DNA of 64,000 nt from Aulosira sp. ZfuVER01 (GTDB taxonomy: Bacteria; Cyanobacteriota; Cyanobacteriia; Cyanobacteriales; Nostocaceae). The stretch lies in NCBI GenBank assembly GCA_034530615.2, contig JAVRCV020000031.1:1-64000 (forward strand). The letters are read 5' to 3'. The notes under the pieces were generated by a model. The model was not told the origin of the DNA and searched no databases. It saw only the letters and a program-made list of their open reading frames with translations. Position 1 is the first letter of the stretch. Every line of letters begins with the position of its first letter. This document shows, piece by piece, positions 31,703 to 41,357 of the stretch. A program made the translations under genes and the position numbers.

Positions 31703-33979
31703 ATGCGAATTACGACCAAGTGCATTGGGTCGTCTGCGATTGTCGTTGGACTCGTTGCTTCTACCTTAATTGGCGGCGATCTATTCATTAGACAAGCTGA
31801 AGAGAGAGCGCAGGATACCCAAGCAAGAAATGCTAAAGCATTGATAACTATCCTAAAAATAAATGTTGCTTTAAATAACCAGGTAGCGGCGCTGAAAGAC
31901 ATGATTTTGCTGCGGCAAGATACTGACAATTTGGTGAAATATCAAGATGCATTATCTGTATTCATCAATGACTTATCTTTGCTAGAAAACTTAAATCCAG
32001 GCATAGCTTCGGAGTTAGCTAAAATTCGCGATCGCCATAATCTGCTTGCTGAATTGGTCACAGAGCTAACTAGTCAATCCTATGCCGATAAACCTTTAGA
32101 ATTAGCTGAATCTCAACAAGATTTTCGTGTGATTAATGCTTTTTCTAGAGATATTGAACTATATTTAAATGTATTAATTCAGAAGCTACAAAAGCAGGAT
32201 GTTTTAGCAAAGCAAGAATTTGATAATTTCAAACAAAATACTCAACTAGCTAGACAAATTCTCATTGTATCTATGCTCTTGGTTTTTGTTGGCCAATTAT
32301 TGTTGATTCTCCTACCAGTAATTCGCTCAATTCAACAGTTGCAACAAGGAGCAGCAATCATCGGCAAAGGAAATCTAGAATATCGTCTACATATTCAAAC
32401 TAAAGATGAAATTGAACAACTAGCAGATGCATTTAACCAGATGGCTGGAACCTTAGCTGAATCCTATCGCTCGCTAGAGGCAAAAAAAGAACTTGCTGAC
32501 CGAGCGAATCGTGCCAAAAGCGAATTCTTAGCTAATATGAGCCACGAATTGCGAACTCCACTCAATGGCATTTTAGGTTATGCTCAAATTCTCCAACGTG
32601 ATAGAAGCTTAACTACAAAACAACAAGATGGCTTAAGAATTATTCATCAATGCGGTTCACATTTGCTAACACTAATTACTGATATTTTAGACTTATCTAA
32701 AATTGAAGCGGCGAAAATGGAACTTTATAATCATGATTTCCATTTTCCCTCATTCCTCCAAAGCGTTGTAGAAATTTGTCGAATTCGTGCCGATCAAAAA
32801 GGTATCTCATTTATTTATCAACCAACTTCAGATTTACCTGTTGGGATTTGTGCAGATGAAAAGCGATTGCGACAAGTATTAATCAATTTGTTAGGTAATG
32901 CGATTAAGTTCACAGAAAAAGGCGGAATTAAGTTTAATGTTAGTTGTGTTGATGATAGCCAACAAATAACTAAGAGAATTCGCTTCCAAATTACTGATAC
33001 TGGAATTGGAATGAGCCAAGAACAGGTAGATAAAATATTTTTACCATTTGAGCAAGTTGGAGATACTAAAAAACAATCAGAAGGTACTGGGCTAGGTTTA
33101 GCTATTAGCCAAAAGATTATACGATTAATGGGCAGTAAAATTGAAGTCAAGAGTGAGTTAGGTCAAGGTAGTAACTTTTGGATTGACTTAGATTTACAAG
33201 AATCAGTTGACTGGATGCAATCAGCTAGAGTTGTAACTGGTGGAAAAATTGTTGGCATCGCCAATGGTAAACGCAGAATCTTAGTTGTTGATGATAAGTG
33301 GGAAAACCGTTCAGTCGTTATCAGTTTGCTAGAAGAAATTGGCTTTGTAATGTCAGAAGCAACTGACGGTCAAGAAGCATTAGAAAAAGCTCTGCAATTT
33401 TTGCCAGATTTAATAATTACTGACTTGACAATGCCTGTTATGGATGGCTTTGAACTAACACGTCGCCTCCGACAAATGCCAGAGTTTCAAGAATTAGTAA
33501 TTATTGTTTCATCTGCTAGCGTATTTGAATCTGACGAACACAAGAGTATAGGAGTTGGTGCAGATGACTTTCTGCCAAAACCTGTCAATGCTGATGATTT
33601 ACTAGTAATTTTACAGAAATATTTACAAATTGAATGGCTTTATGAAAGTGTCCCAGAAAAATTGGATAATGAAACACTCACAAATACCGCTCAAGAAAAT
33701 ATTTCTGTTGTCAGTGTTCCTCAAATTGACTGGATTTATGAATCAGCGCAAGAACCAAAAAATTCTGATTCAATAGTTATTCCACCTGAAACACTTGAGC
33801 AACTTTTGGAATTGACGATGAGGGGTAACATTAAAGCCATTCGAGAGCAAGCACAGCAGCTAAAAAATTTAGATGAAAAGTTTTTACCTTTTGCTGAAGA
33901 GTTACTACAACTAGCAAAAAGCTTTCAAATTGAAAAAATCAAGGAATTGATTCAGCTATATCGTAAAGGTGAACAATGA
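31703..33979 (+). CDS. Hybrid sensor histidine kinase (periplasmic helical sensor-HAMP-HisKA-HATPase-REC)
   Basis: [43 protein letters not shown]; helical C-terminal tail. Confidence 0.95.
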   Translation: MRITTKCIGSSAIVVGLVASTLIGGDLFIRQAEERAQDTQARNAKALITILKINVALNNQVAALKDMILLRQDTDNLVKYQDALSVFINDLSLLENLNPGIASELAKIRDRHNLLAELVTELTSQSYADKPLELAESQQDFRVINAFSRDIELYLNVLIQKLQKQDVLAKQEFDNFKQNTQLARQILIVSMLLVFVGQLLLILLPVIRSIQQLQQGAAIIGKGNLEYRLHIQTKDEIEQLADAFNQMAGTLAESYRSLEAKKELADRANRAKSEFLANMSHELRTPLNGILGYAQILQRDRSLTTKQQDGLRIIHQCGSHLLTLITDILDLSKIEAAKMELYNHDFHFPSFLQSVVEICRIRADQKGISFIYQPTSDLPVGICADEKRLRQVLINLLGNAIKFTEKGGIKFNVSCVDDSQQITKRIRFQITDTGIGMSQEQVDKIFLPFEQVGDTKKQSEGTGLGLAISQKIIRLMGSKIEVKSELGQGSNFWIDLDLQESVDWMQSARVVTGGKIVGIANGKRRILVVDDKWENRSVVISLLEEIGFVMSEATDGQEALEKALQFLPDLIITDLTMPVMDGFELTRRLRQMPEFQELVIIVSSASVFESDEHKSIGVGADDFLPKPVNADDLLVILQKYLQIEWLYESVPEKLDNETLTNTAQENISVVSVPQIDWIYESAQEPKNSDSIVIPPETLEQLLELTMRGNIKAIREQAQQLKNLDEKFLPFAEELLQLAKSFQIEKIKELIQLYRKGEQ

Positions 33980-35361
33980 ATATACCTACTCTGGAAACAG
34001 GGGTAATTTTAATTGTGGATGATAACCCCAACAATTTAGAAGTACTCTCAGAAGCATTAATAGATACTGGTTCAGAGATATTAGTTGCTGTAAATGGTGA
34101 GGGTGCGATCGCTCAAGCTGAATATGCTTGCCCTGATATCATTTTATTAGATGTGATGATGCCAGGAATTGATGGATTTACTACTTGCGATCGCTTAAAA
34201 TCAAATCCTGTAACCGCTGATATCCCCATCATCTTTATGACAGCCCTCTCCGACACTGTTGATAAAGTTAAAGGATTCAGTTTGGGTGCAGTAGATTACA
34301 TTACTAAACCATTTGAGCAAGAAGAAGTACTAGCTCGTGTTAGAACTCATTTAAAAATCCGCAACCTCACCAAGCAGCAGCAAACTCAAAATCAGCAACT
34401 TAAACAAGAAGTAGCTGAACGTCTTGCAGTTGAAGCCAAATTACAAAAGCTGACTCAAGATTTAGAACAAAGAGTAGAAGAAAGAACATCTCAACTATCA
34501 CAAGCTTTGCATAATCTGCATCAAGCTCAAGTTAACTTGGTACAACGAGAAAAAATGTCTGCTCTTGGTGAATTGGTTGCTGGTATTGCCCATGAAATTA
34601 ATAATCCAGTCAACTTCATTTTAGGCAATCTTGGTCACGCCGCAGAATATACTCAAAGCTTTATTGATTTGCTCCGTCTCTATGAGAAATATTATCCTCA
34701 ACCAGAGGAAGAAATAGCTAACAAAATAGATGAAGTTGATATAGATTATTTGATATGCGACTTTCCAGAAATCATCTCATCTATGCATAAAGGCACAAAG
34801 CGGATGATACAGATGATTCATGCACTTAGGCACTTTTCCCGCCGGGATGATACGATTGTCCAACCTACAGATATACATGAAGGTATTGACTCTACATTAT
34901 TGATTCTGCAATATCGCCTGAAAGCTACTCCAGAACGCCCGGAAATCGAAGTGATTAAAGATTATGGAAATTTGCCCCTTGTTGAATGTTTTCCCGGCCC
35001 CCTGAATCAAGTTTTTATGAATCTTCTTGCTAATGCAATTGATGCAATCGAGGAGTTTATCAATAGTGATTTTTCTTTGGGAGAATACCAAGGACAGATT
35101 AAAATTCGGACTGATATCAAAGAACAAAGCTCAGGAGTAATAATTCAAATTGCCGACAATGGCATTGGTATGACAGAAGAAGTCAAACAGCGATTATCTG
35201 AACCGATGTTTACCACTAAACCTGTAGGTAAAGGAACAGGATTAGGGTTATCTATTAGTCGGCAAATTATTGAGGAAAAACATGGTGGAAGTATATGTTT
35301 CGTGTCTGAATTAAGGAAAGGTACAGAATTTTGGATTGAAATTCCTATTGTTATAAACTAA
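33976..35361 (+). CDS. REC-HisKA-HATPase cytoplasmic kinase/response regulator
   Basis: LIVDD, LLDVMMPGIDG, AGIAHEINNP, FTTKPVGKGTGLGL; ATGA overlap with the upstream kinase. Confidence 0.95.
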   Translation: MNIPTLETGVILIVDDNPNNLEVLSEALIDTGSEILVAVNGEGAIAQAEYACPDIILLDVMMPGIDGFTTCDRLKSNPVTADIPIIFMTALSDTVDKVKGFSLGAVDYITKPFEQEEVLARVRTHLKIRNLTKQQQTQNQQLKQEVAERLAVEAKLQKLTQDLEQRVEERTSQLSQALHNLHQAQVNLVQREKMSALGELVAGIAHEINNPVNFILGNLGHAAEYTQSFIDLLRLYEKYYPQPEEEIANKIDEVDIDYLICDFPEIISSMHKGTKRMIQMIHALRHFSRRDDTIVQPTDIHEGIDSTLLILQYRLKATPERPEIEVIKDYGNLPLVECFPGPLNQVFMNLLANAIDAIEEFINSDFSLGEYQGQIKIRTDIKEQSSGVIIQIADNGIGMTEEVKQRLSEPMFTTKPVGKGTGLGLSISRQIIEEKHGGSICFVSELRKGTEFWIEIPIVIN

Positions 35362-35569
35362 ATTATGAATTCTAAAAAAGTAACTATAGAAAAGCCTGTT
35401 CCTTATAGAGATTAGACAGAAAGTTACTAATGTGGGGAAACCATCATCAATTGATCAGGGTACTAATACTTACACCCATACTGATTATTAGTAAAAACAA
35501 ATGCCGAATAACAAAAACGCAAAATCCACCCTTAAAAGAAGTGGAATGAGCTTAAATTAATTGGCATAA

Positions 35570-35591
35570 AGGAGAGTAGTAATACTCTCCT
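35570..35591 (-). terminator. Stem-loop downstream of the repeat-protein gene
   Basis: AGGAGAGTA-GTAA-TACTCTCCT, 9-bp stem. Confidence 0.65.
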
Positions 35592-35616
35592 AATAACCTT
35601 TGTGCAAATTCAAAGC

Positions 35617-35952
35617 TTAGTGGTGAAGGCGAGCTTGACGCTCACGCAATTCACGAGCTTGTTGTTCGCGGAGTTGACGTTCACGTAACTCACGAGCTTG
35701 TTTTTCACGGAGTTGACGCTCACGCAATTCACGAGCTTGTTGTTCGCGGAGTTGACGTTCACGTAATTCACGAGCTTGTTTTTCATGAAGTTGACGCTCA
35801 CGAAGTACGTTACTATGATTAACAGCCACAGTATTAGGATGAAAATTATCATGCTGATATTTAACTTCAGCAGCATTAGCATTTTGGGAAAGAGTAGCAG
35901 TTGAAGCAGCTGCTAATAAGCCTCCAAGAAGAATAGATTTAAAACGGTTCAT
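35617..35952 (-). CDS. Small secreted protein with 13-aa E/R/Q tandem repeats
   Basis: MNRFKSILLGGLLAAASTATLSQNANA signal peptide, then (RELRERQLRE[QK]QA)n. Start ATG 35952 rather than 36156. Confidence 0.8.
   Translation of the reverse strand: MNRFKSILLGGLLAAASTATLSQNANAAEVKYQHDNFHPNTVAVNHSNVLRERQLHEKQARELRERQLREQQARELRERQLREKQARELRERQLREQQARELRERQARLHH
35635..35802. repeat. 39-bp coding tandem repeat, ~4.3 copies, 78-bp super-period
   Basis: Units A-B-A-B'; both A units are identical (TTGACGCTCACGCAATTCACGAGCTTGTTGTTCGCGGAG). Confidence 0.95.
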
Positions 35953-36171
35953 ATACTTTTTAATCTGCCTTACATTCCTGAATTTGGATATTCTTAATAT
36001 AGTCAGTATAATCAGGGTTACGCCTGTAACAAAAGTCATGTTTAAGATAGTTACTATTGTCACTAACAACATGGACTTCAGATAACTTATAGAAAATTCG
36101 TATGCTTGTGTGTGAAGCAAAATAGCCCAGAAGCAAGTCAAATTTAAGTAAGGCACTCGGTAATTAAAGTA

Positions 36172-36282
36172 GGGAGCATCCCACTTTTTTGAGTGGTGCT
36201 AAAGTACTAATTGTCAAACCATCCATTCTGCGGAGATTAAGTTTTTATTCTCTAGTCGCAAAATAAAAACTGGGATGCACCC
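36172..36282. mobile_element. MITE, same TIRs as 3469-3642, 9-bp TSD
   Basis: GGGAGCATCCCA...TGGGATGCACCC flanked by ATTAAAGTA at 36163-36171 and 36283-36291. Confidence 0.88.
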
Positions 36283-36420
36283 ATTAAAGTATATTTTCGT
36301 CTTTCTGTCTTAGTGTCTCCTTGGTTTAAAAATAATTTCTCTACCGCAAAGACACTAAGAAAAATATATGTTTGAGGCTGACACCTAAAAGGGTTAGGTT
36401 AAGTTGAATTTTGCTTTTGG

Positions 36421-37041
36421 TTATGCTCCTTCAATAGCAGCAACAACACCAAAGATTAAAAACAAGCATCCACCAATCAAAGTCAGTTGACGTTCCGAGA
36501 TTTTACCAGCAATCATTTTGCCACCAATTACGGCGATCGCAGCACAAATGGCGTGTCCTAACACTGCACCTATAGTTACCCCAATGGGATTATATGAGGC
36601 GGCTAGAGCAATGGTAGCAATTTGCGTGCGATCGCCCCACTCTGCCATAAATGTTAGGACAAAGGCTTCGGTTAAAATTGTCAGTGGCGTTTTGCGTTTG
36701 GGTGATTCTAAATCTGCTTGCTTCACCGCAGCTTGAGCTTCTTCTACTACTTCTGTATCACAACTAGCGGGTGACATCTTACTAGCTTGATAGAGTAGCT
36801 TGATACCAAAGGCAATAAACAAAGCGATTTCGGCATAATGAATATAAACCTTGGGTAACAAAGACACTGTTTGTCCCAACATCACCGAAAGAATTGTCAT
36901 TGCAGCTAAAGCGGCTACCACCCCTGCGAATACCAACCGCCGCGAGTGGTGCATTGCTAAAATTACGGCGATAAAAAATGTTTTATCACCTAACTCTGAA
37001 ACTGTAATTAATAACAAACCTGCGGTAAAAGCTGTTAGCAC
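36421..37041 (-). CDS. TMEM165/GDT1 (UPF0016) Mn transporter, Mnx-like
   Basis: Two ExGD(K/R)T motifs: SELGDKT, AEWGDRT. Confidence 0.93.
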   Translation of the reverse strand: MLTAFTAGLLLITVSELGDKTFFIAVILAMHHSRRLVFAGVVAALAAMTILSVMLGQTVSLLPKVYIHYAEIALFIAFGIKLLYQASKMSPASCDTEVVEEAQAAVKQADLESPKRKTPLTILTEAFVLTFMAEWGDRTQIATIALAASYNPIGVTIGAVLGHAICAAIAVIGGKMIAGKISERQLTLIGGCLFLIFGVVAAIEGA

Positions 37042-37097
37042 TCTCTCAAGCTCCTGAAGAATCGTTGAACGATGTGAAGCCTGATGAAAGCACTAAA

Positions 37098-37140
37098 CCC
37101 TCACCAAGCTCCACACATTTTTGTGTGAACTTAGTGAAGG
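37098..37140 (-). terminator. Riboswitch expression-platform hairpin
   Basis: CCTTCACTAAGTTCACACA-AAAA-TGTGTGGAGCTTGGTGAGGG then TTT; shares its 5' arm with the P1 3' strand. Confidence 0.7.
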
Positions 37141-37244
37141 TCTCGCTTCCAAATATTTTATATTTGTCATCTGAACCAGGCTCATCGCCAGTATGTTGAT
37201 TCAGATGTGCTGGCTTTTCATGACCAGCAGCTACTCCCCTTCTA
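37134..37244 (-). ncRNA. yybP-ykoY manganese riboswitch
   Basis: Minus strand GAAGGGGAGTAGC...ATCAACATACTGGC...GCGAGACCTTC upstream of a GDT1 transporter. Confidence 0.92.
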
Positions 37245-37364
37245 TGTAATCTGAATTGTATAGCTGTCTTAGTTACGAGTCAAGAAAATATGCGATCGCG
37301 ATTAATTGCAGCGATGTTTTGGATATAGAAACATAGATAAACAGCAATATTTACCTGTGGTTAT

Positions 37365-37871
37365 TTATTGTGATGAAAGTCGCCCGTGCAAAATTGGCAT
37401 AGTAAATAACCCCCATGCCAAACCCGTAATCAAGCCAAAAACGGTGACAACGTAATTATTAAAATTCCACAAATCAAAAACCTGGGCTGCTAATTCCAAA
37501 GGATAAGCCATCATCAGCACACTGGCTATGGCTACACCACTCCAGCCATACTGACTTAACCAGTAAAAACCTTTACCACCAGTCGCCCCACATAACAGGC
37601 GCGTAATGAACAAACCTGTGACAGTGCCGTAACAACGCATACATACAGCCATGATATGAGGTGATGCTAAATCTAACCCCATATCCGGTTGTGGACACAC
37701 ATGATTGCCCATGAAATAAATGATATTGGCAATCCCTGGCAGTAAGGATACCCCAGACGCAGCAAGAAAGGGAGCAGCTAGCGGGCCAATCACCATACCC
37801 GCTAACAAAAAATCAGCGATAAAACTTACCCAATTAACCTGCAACTCTCTGTTGAAAGCTACTCTTGCCAT
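37365..37871 (-). CDS. DUF2085 membrane protein
   Basis: VCPQP...MAVCMRCYG motif with TM helices. Confidence 0.82.
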   Translation of the reverse strand: MARVAFNRELQVNWVSFIADFLLAGMVIGPLAAPFLAASGVSLLPGIANIIYFMGNHVCPQPDMGLDLASPHIMAVCMRCYGTVTGLFITRLLCGATGGKGFYWLSQYGWSGVAIASVLMMAYPLELAAQVFDLWNFNNYVVTVFGLITGLAWGLFTMPILHGRLSSQ

Positions 37872-37900
37872 TCCCTTTCTTACCTTTGCGTCTATATTTC

Positions 37901-40012
37901 TTAACCTACCTTAGAAATGTATGGACTTGTCAACTTATCCAGCTGCTGTGTTAACAGACTGAGGAATAATCCCACATCTGTCACTACACCCACTGATTCT
38001 ATTGAACCGCGATCGCTTAACTTAGTCACTACGGCTGGATTAATATCCACACACACCATTTTCACGCCGGCGGGTGTCATATTCCCCACACCAATCGAGT
38101 GCAGCATACTAGACAGCATCAAAATCATTTCTGCACCTTCGAGGTTTTGGGCGTATTCCTGCTGTGCTTTAATCAAATCCATTTGGGTATCAGGTAAAGG
38201 CCCGTCATCTCGAATTGAACCTGCAAGTACAAACGGTACATTATTCTGCACACATTCATACATCACGCCACTCTTAATTACTCCCGCTTCTACAGCTTTG
38301 GCAATGCTGCCATAACGGCGAATGGTATTAATTACCTTCAGGTGATGGCGGTGTCCACCACGTACAGCCACACCCCGCTTCATGTCTACACCAAGGGATG
38401 TACCCATCATATTTTGCTCGATGTCATGGACAGCGATCGCATTTCCACCCAAAAGCGCTTGCACGTATCCTTCACGAATCAGCCGCGATAGATGTTCGCC
38501 GCCGCCAGTGTGAATGACTACAGGCCCAGCGGTGAAAACTACTTTACCACCAGCATCCCGAATTTTACGTAATTCCCAAGCTACCTGCTCAACAACTAAT
38601 TCCACGCGCCGTTCGCTGGAAACGCCACCAGACATAAAGCTGAACTCTTGAGCATTGCGCTGTTCCCGCGATTCTGTTTTGCGGATGGTGCGGATACCCA
38701 AAACATCAACAATTACCTGTTCGCCTACTTCTAAATCGCGTAATATTTTACACTTTGCTACCACACCATTGGGGGTTTGGGTAATGGCGATCGCGCCATC
38801 CATGCGCTGATTTTGGACTTTGATCCACTGACCCTTAATCCGGACTTCAGTAGGATAAATCGTACTCACATAAAAATCATCAGGAGCTACACCCGCTTGG
38901 ACAACAGGCTCTAGTTTGGCATCGCGCTCGTCTTGGGGCAAATCTACCGCACCCAAGTCAATCAGCAGCGAGATAATTTCTTCCATCACCTCGTGGGATG
39001 GTGCTGATACCTTGACTTCGGCGGCTGAAGTACTTTGGCGCTGTTCTCCCAAGTTGAAATTCAGTACTTGGAAACTTCCGCCTGTGTCTACAATCAAGTC
39101 CAAAGCGCGGTTAATTAAGCCAGAGTCAAGTAAATGTCCTTCCAAGCGAATGATGCGACTTTCTACCGAAACATTCGCATGAACTTCTTCTCTGACTGGT
39201 TCTGTCACCCGCAGGGTGAGACATTTGGCTGCACCACCAGCTTTGAGAAATTCTGTCAGTGGCGTTTCAATGATTTGGAAACCTACATCTGCAAGGCGTG
39301 ATTTCAATGCATCACTGGCCTTGTTCATGATCACGATGCTGTCCACATTCACCGCATTACAAGCAAAGTTCACCGCGTCGGCTTCTTCGATAGCGATGCG
39401 CTTTTCTGCTGCTACTCGCATTTCAATTAAGCGGTTGGAGTAGGAATCAAAAGCGCCTGGGTAATAGAGCAAATACCCATTAGCTAAGGGACAAAAGCAG
39501 GTATCTAAATGATAGAAGCGCTCATCAATAAGTCGTAAAGATAGTACTTCAATATCCAGCCACTTAGCTAAGTAGGGATGAGAATCTAATTCTGAACGGA
39601 AGCCATAACCTGACCATAACCAACGTCCTTCCCGGTCTAGCAGTGCGTCACCTGCGCCTTCAAAGGGCAAGTCTTTGGGGAGTACATGAACCGTGTAACC
39701 GTTGGCTTCAAACCATTTTTGGAAGTAAGGTTCTTCTCCCTGACGTTCTTTGTGCAAAAAGCGACTAAGAACTACTCGATCGCCCAACACCAAGCCAGCG
39801 TTGGCGGTAAACACCATATCAGGCCAACCTTTTTCGGGCGGTACTAAGTCTACAATGGCGTGGTCTTTGAGGACATGATAAAGTTTTTGCCACTGTTCAA
39901 CAGCGCGATCGCGGGATGATTTGTGAATATTCCCTTCCATCCAGGGATTAATCACATAGTCCACATCGTAGTGGTCAGGAGCACACATCAAAAAGCGAAT
40001 GGGGGAATTCAT
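37901..40012 (-). CDS. argZ: Arginine dihydrolase / ornithine cyclodeaminase (ArgZ/AgrE)
   Basis: N-terminal amidinotransferase fold (INPWM, DMVFTAN, FYHLDTCF, GGAAKCLTL) plus LOR/SDH-like C-terminus (GSIRDDGPLPD); 703 aa. Confidence 0.95.
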   Translation of the reverse strand: MNSPIRFLMCAPDHYDVDYVINPWMEGNIHKSSRDRAVEQWQKLYHVLKDHAIVDLVPPEKGWPDMVFTANAGLVLGDRVVLSRFLHKERQGEEPYFQKWFEANGYTVHVLPKDLPFEGAGDALLDREGRWLWSGYGFRSELDSHPYLAKWLDIEVLSLRLIDERFYHLDTCFCPLANGYLLYYPGAFDSYSNRLIEMRVAAEKRIAIEEADAVNFACNAVNVDSIVIMNKASDALKSRLADVGFQIIETPLTEFLKAGGAAKCLTLRVTEPVREEVHANVSVESRIIRLEGHLLDSGLINRALDLIVDTGGSFQVLNFNLGEQRQSTSAAEVKVSAPSHEVMEEIISLLIDLGAVDLPQDERDAKLEPVVQAGVAPDDFYVSTIYPTEVRIKGQWIKVQNQRMDGAIAITQTPNGVVAKCKILRDLEVGEQVIVDVLGIRTIRKTESREQRNAQEFSFMSGGVSSERRVELVVEQVAWELRKIRDAGGKVVFTAGPVVIHTGGGEHLSRLIREGYVQALLGGNAIAVHDIEQNMMGTSLGVDMKRGVAVRGGHRHHLKVINTIRRYGSIAKAVEAGVIKSGVMYECVQNNVPFVLAGSIRDDGPLPDTQMDLIKAQQEYAQNLEGAEMILMLSSMLHSIGVGNMTPAGVKMVCVDINPAVVTKLSDRGSIESVGVVTDVGLFLSLLTQQLDKLTSPYISKVG

Positions 40013-40278
40013 AAAAATGTTACAAGCGTTGAAATGCTACAAGCTAATTTAGATACAGAGTATTGCTGTACCATTTTGTCAACTTTGCTACAAAATGTCT
40101 GTATTCTACTAGTTCAAGAGGTCACAAAAAATTGAATTTATTCTTAACGATCCAACCGGATCGAGTGCAGGAACAGCACATAAAGGTTAAGGCGTCAAAT
40201 CGCCAAAGGACTAATGGTACAAATCCGAAAGTTCAATTGTTGTGTAATTGTAGCGCTATTTGGTTCTAGGAAATTAAG

Positions 40279-40704
40279 ATGGCAAACCTAAAATTGACGG
40301 TGGAGGATCATCCTGAGCCAGAGGATATTCGTACTGTGATTGATCGGCTTGTTGAATATAACAGCGATCGCCAAAGTGAAAAAGACGTATATCAACCGCT
40401 AGCTGTGTTGATTCGAGACGATAATAACAAAATTGTCGCTGGTTTAGTTGGCAAAACTCAATGGGGATGGTTGTTTATCTCTCACCTGTGGGTTGCAGAA
40501 GCATTGCGGGGTCAAGGTTATGGTAAGCAACTCATGGCTAAAGCTGAAGCAGCAGCTAAACAACGCGGTTGTAGTTACGCTTACCTAGATACATTTAGCT
40601 TTCAATCTTTGGGTTTTTACGAACGCCTTGGCTATCAAATATTTGGCGTGCTGGAAAATTTCCCTCCAGGACATCAACGGTATTTTTTACAGAAAGAAAT
40701 TTAA
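40279..40704 (+). CDS. GNAT N-acetyltransferase
   Basis: LWV...RGQGYG, LDTFSFQSLGFYERLGY. Confidence 0.92.
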   Translation: MANLKLTVEDHPEPEDIRTVIDRLVEYNSDRQSEKDVYQPLAVLIRDDNNKIVAGLVGKTQWGWLFISHLWVAEALRGQGYGKQLMAKAEAAAKQRGCSYAYLDTFSFQSLGFYERLGYQIFGVLENFPPGHQRYFLQKEI

Positions 40705-40893
40705 CTGTTTGTAGCGAATCGCTATGATGTCCCTAGGATGCTGAAAATTATTTTTTAAAAAACTTTAACTGATACCAAGTTGAGAAATAATTACAGGAGT
40801 TGGATTCACACCACCCAGATGCAAAATCCAAAATCCAAAATCTAAAATTAGATGAGGGGGCGATCGCTTCTACCCCCTTTGGATACCGGCAAT

Positions 40894-41160
40894 TTAGGAA
40901 AATTCTAGATCTGGTTCTTCACAGAAGTTAAATAAGGCTGAATCCGTTTCTGATTCATCTTCAAAGACAGCAGAGATATACCATTCACAGGCTGAATCAT
41001 TAGTATACTCAGCCCAAGCAATTGTTACTGTTTCACATGAGGGAATTCCTTCCTCATCTAAAGTAAATTGAGACCACTCTTCATTATCTGGAGATGCCCA
41101 CAATTCTGTAATAGCCTGATCGGTATTATTGGTAACGGTAAAGGTGAATTGGTCTGACAT
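40894..41160 (-). CDS. Small extremely acidic hypothetical protein
   Basis: 88 aa, FTVTNNTDQAITELWASP...CEWYISAVFED...FC; beta-rich pattern. Confidence 0.75.
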   Translation of the reverse strand: MSDQFTFTVTNNTDQAITELWASPDNEEWSQFTLDEEGIPSCETVTIAWAEYTNDSACEWYISAVFEDESETDSALFNFCEEPDLEFS

Positions 41161-41357
41161 GGATATTTTACCTGTGTATCGATAAGTATATTACACACGC
41201 TGCAAAATACATTCTGCATTCGTAAATATACTTAAGATATGGCTATACCAAAAAAATCTGCAATCAAGAGTGTGAGACTCTTTAAGGAAGTAATTTAGGT
41301 AAAGATAAAATATTGCATAATTTATTTTTTGGTATTATCTTAACCAATCGTTGTGTT

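Noticed and set aside
35635..35802. 39-bp repeats as CRISPR, and the alternative-frame ORF 35610-35882
   Set aside because: No spacers; variation is mostly synonymous only in the signal-peptide-bearing frame.
37901..40012. ArgZ fusion as a novel system
   Set aside because: Already characterised (ArgZ/AgrE arginine catabolism).
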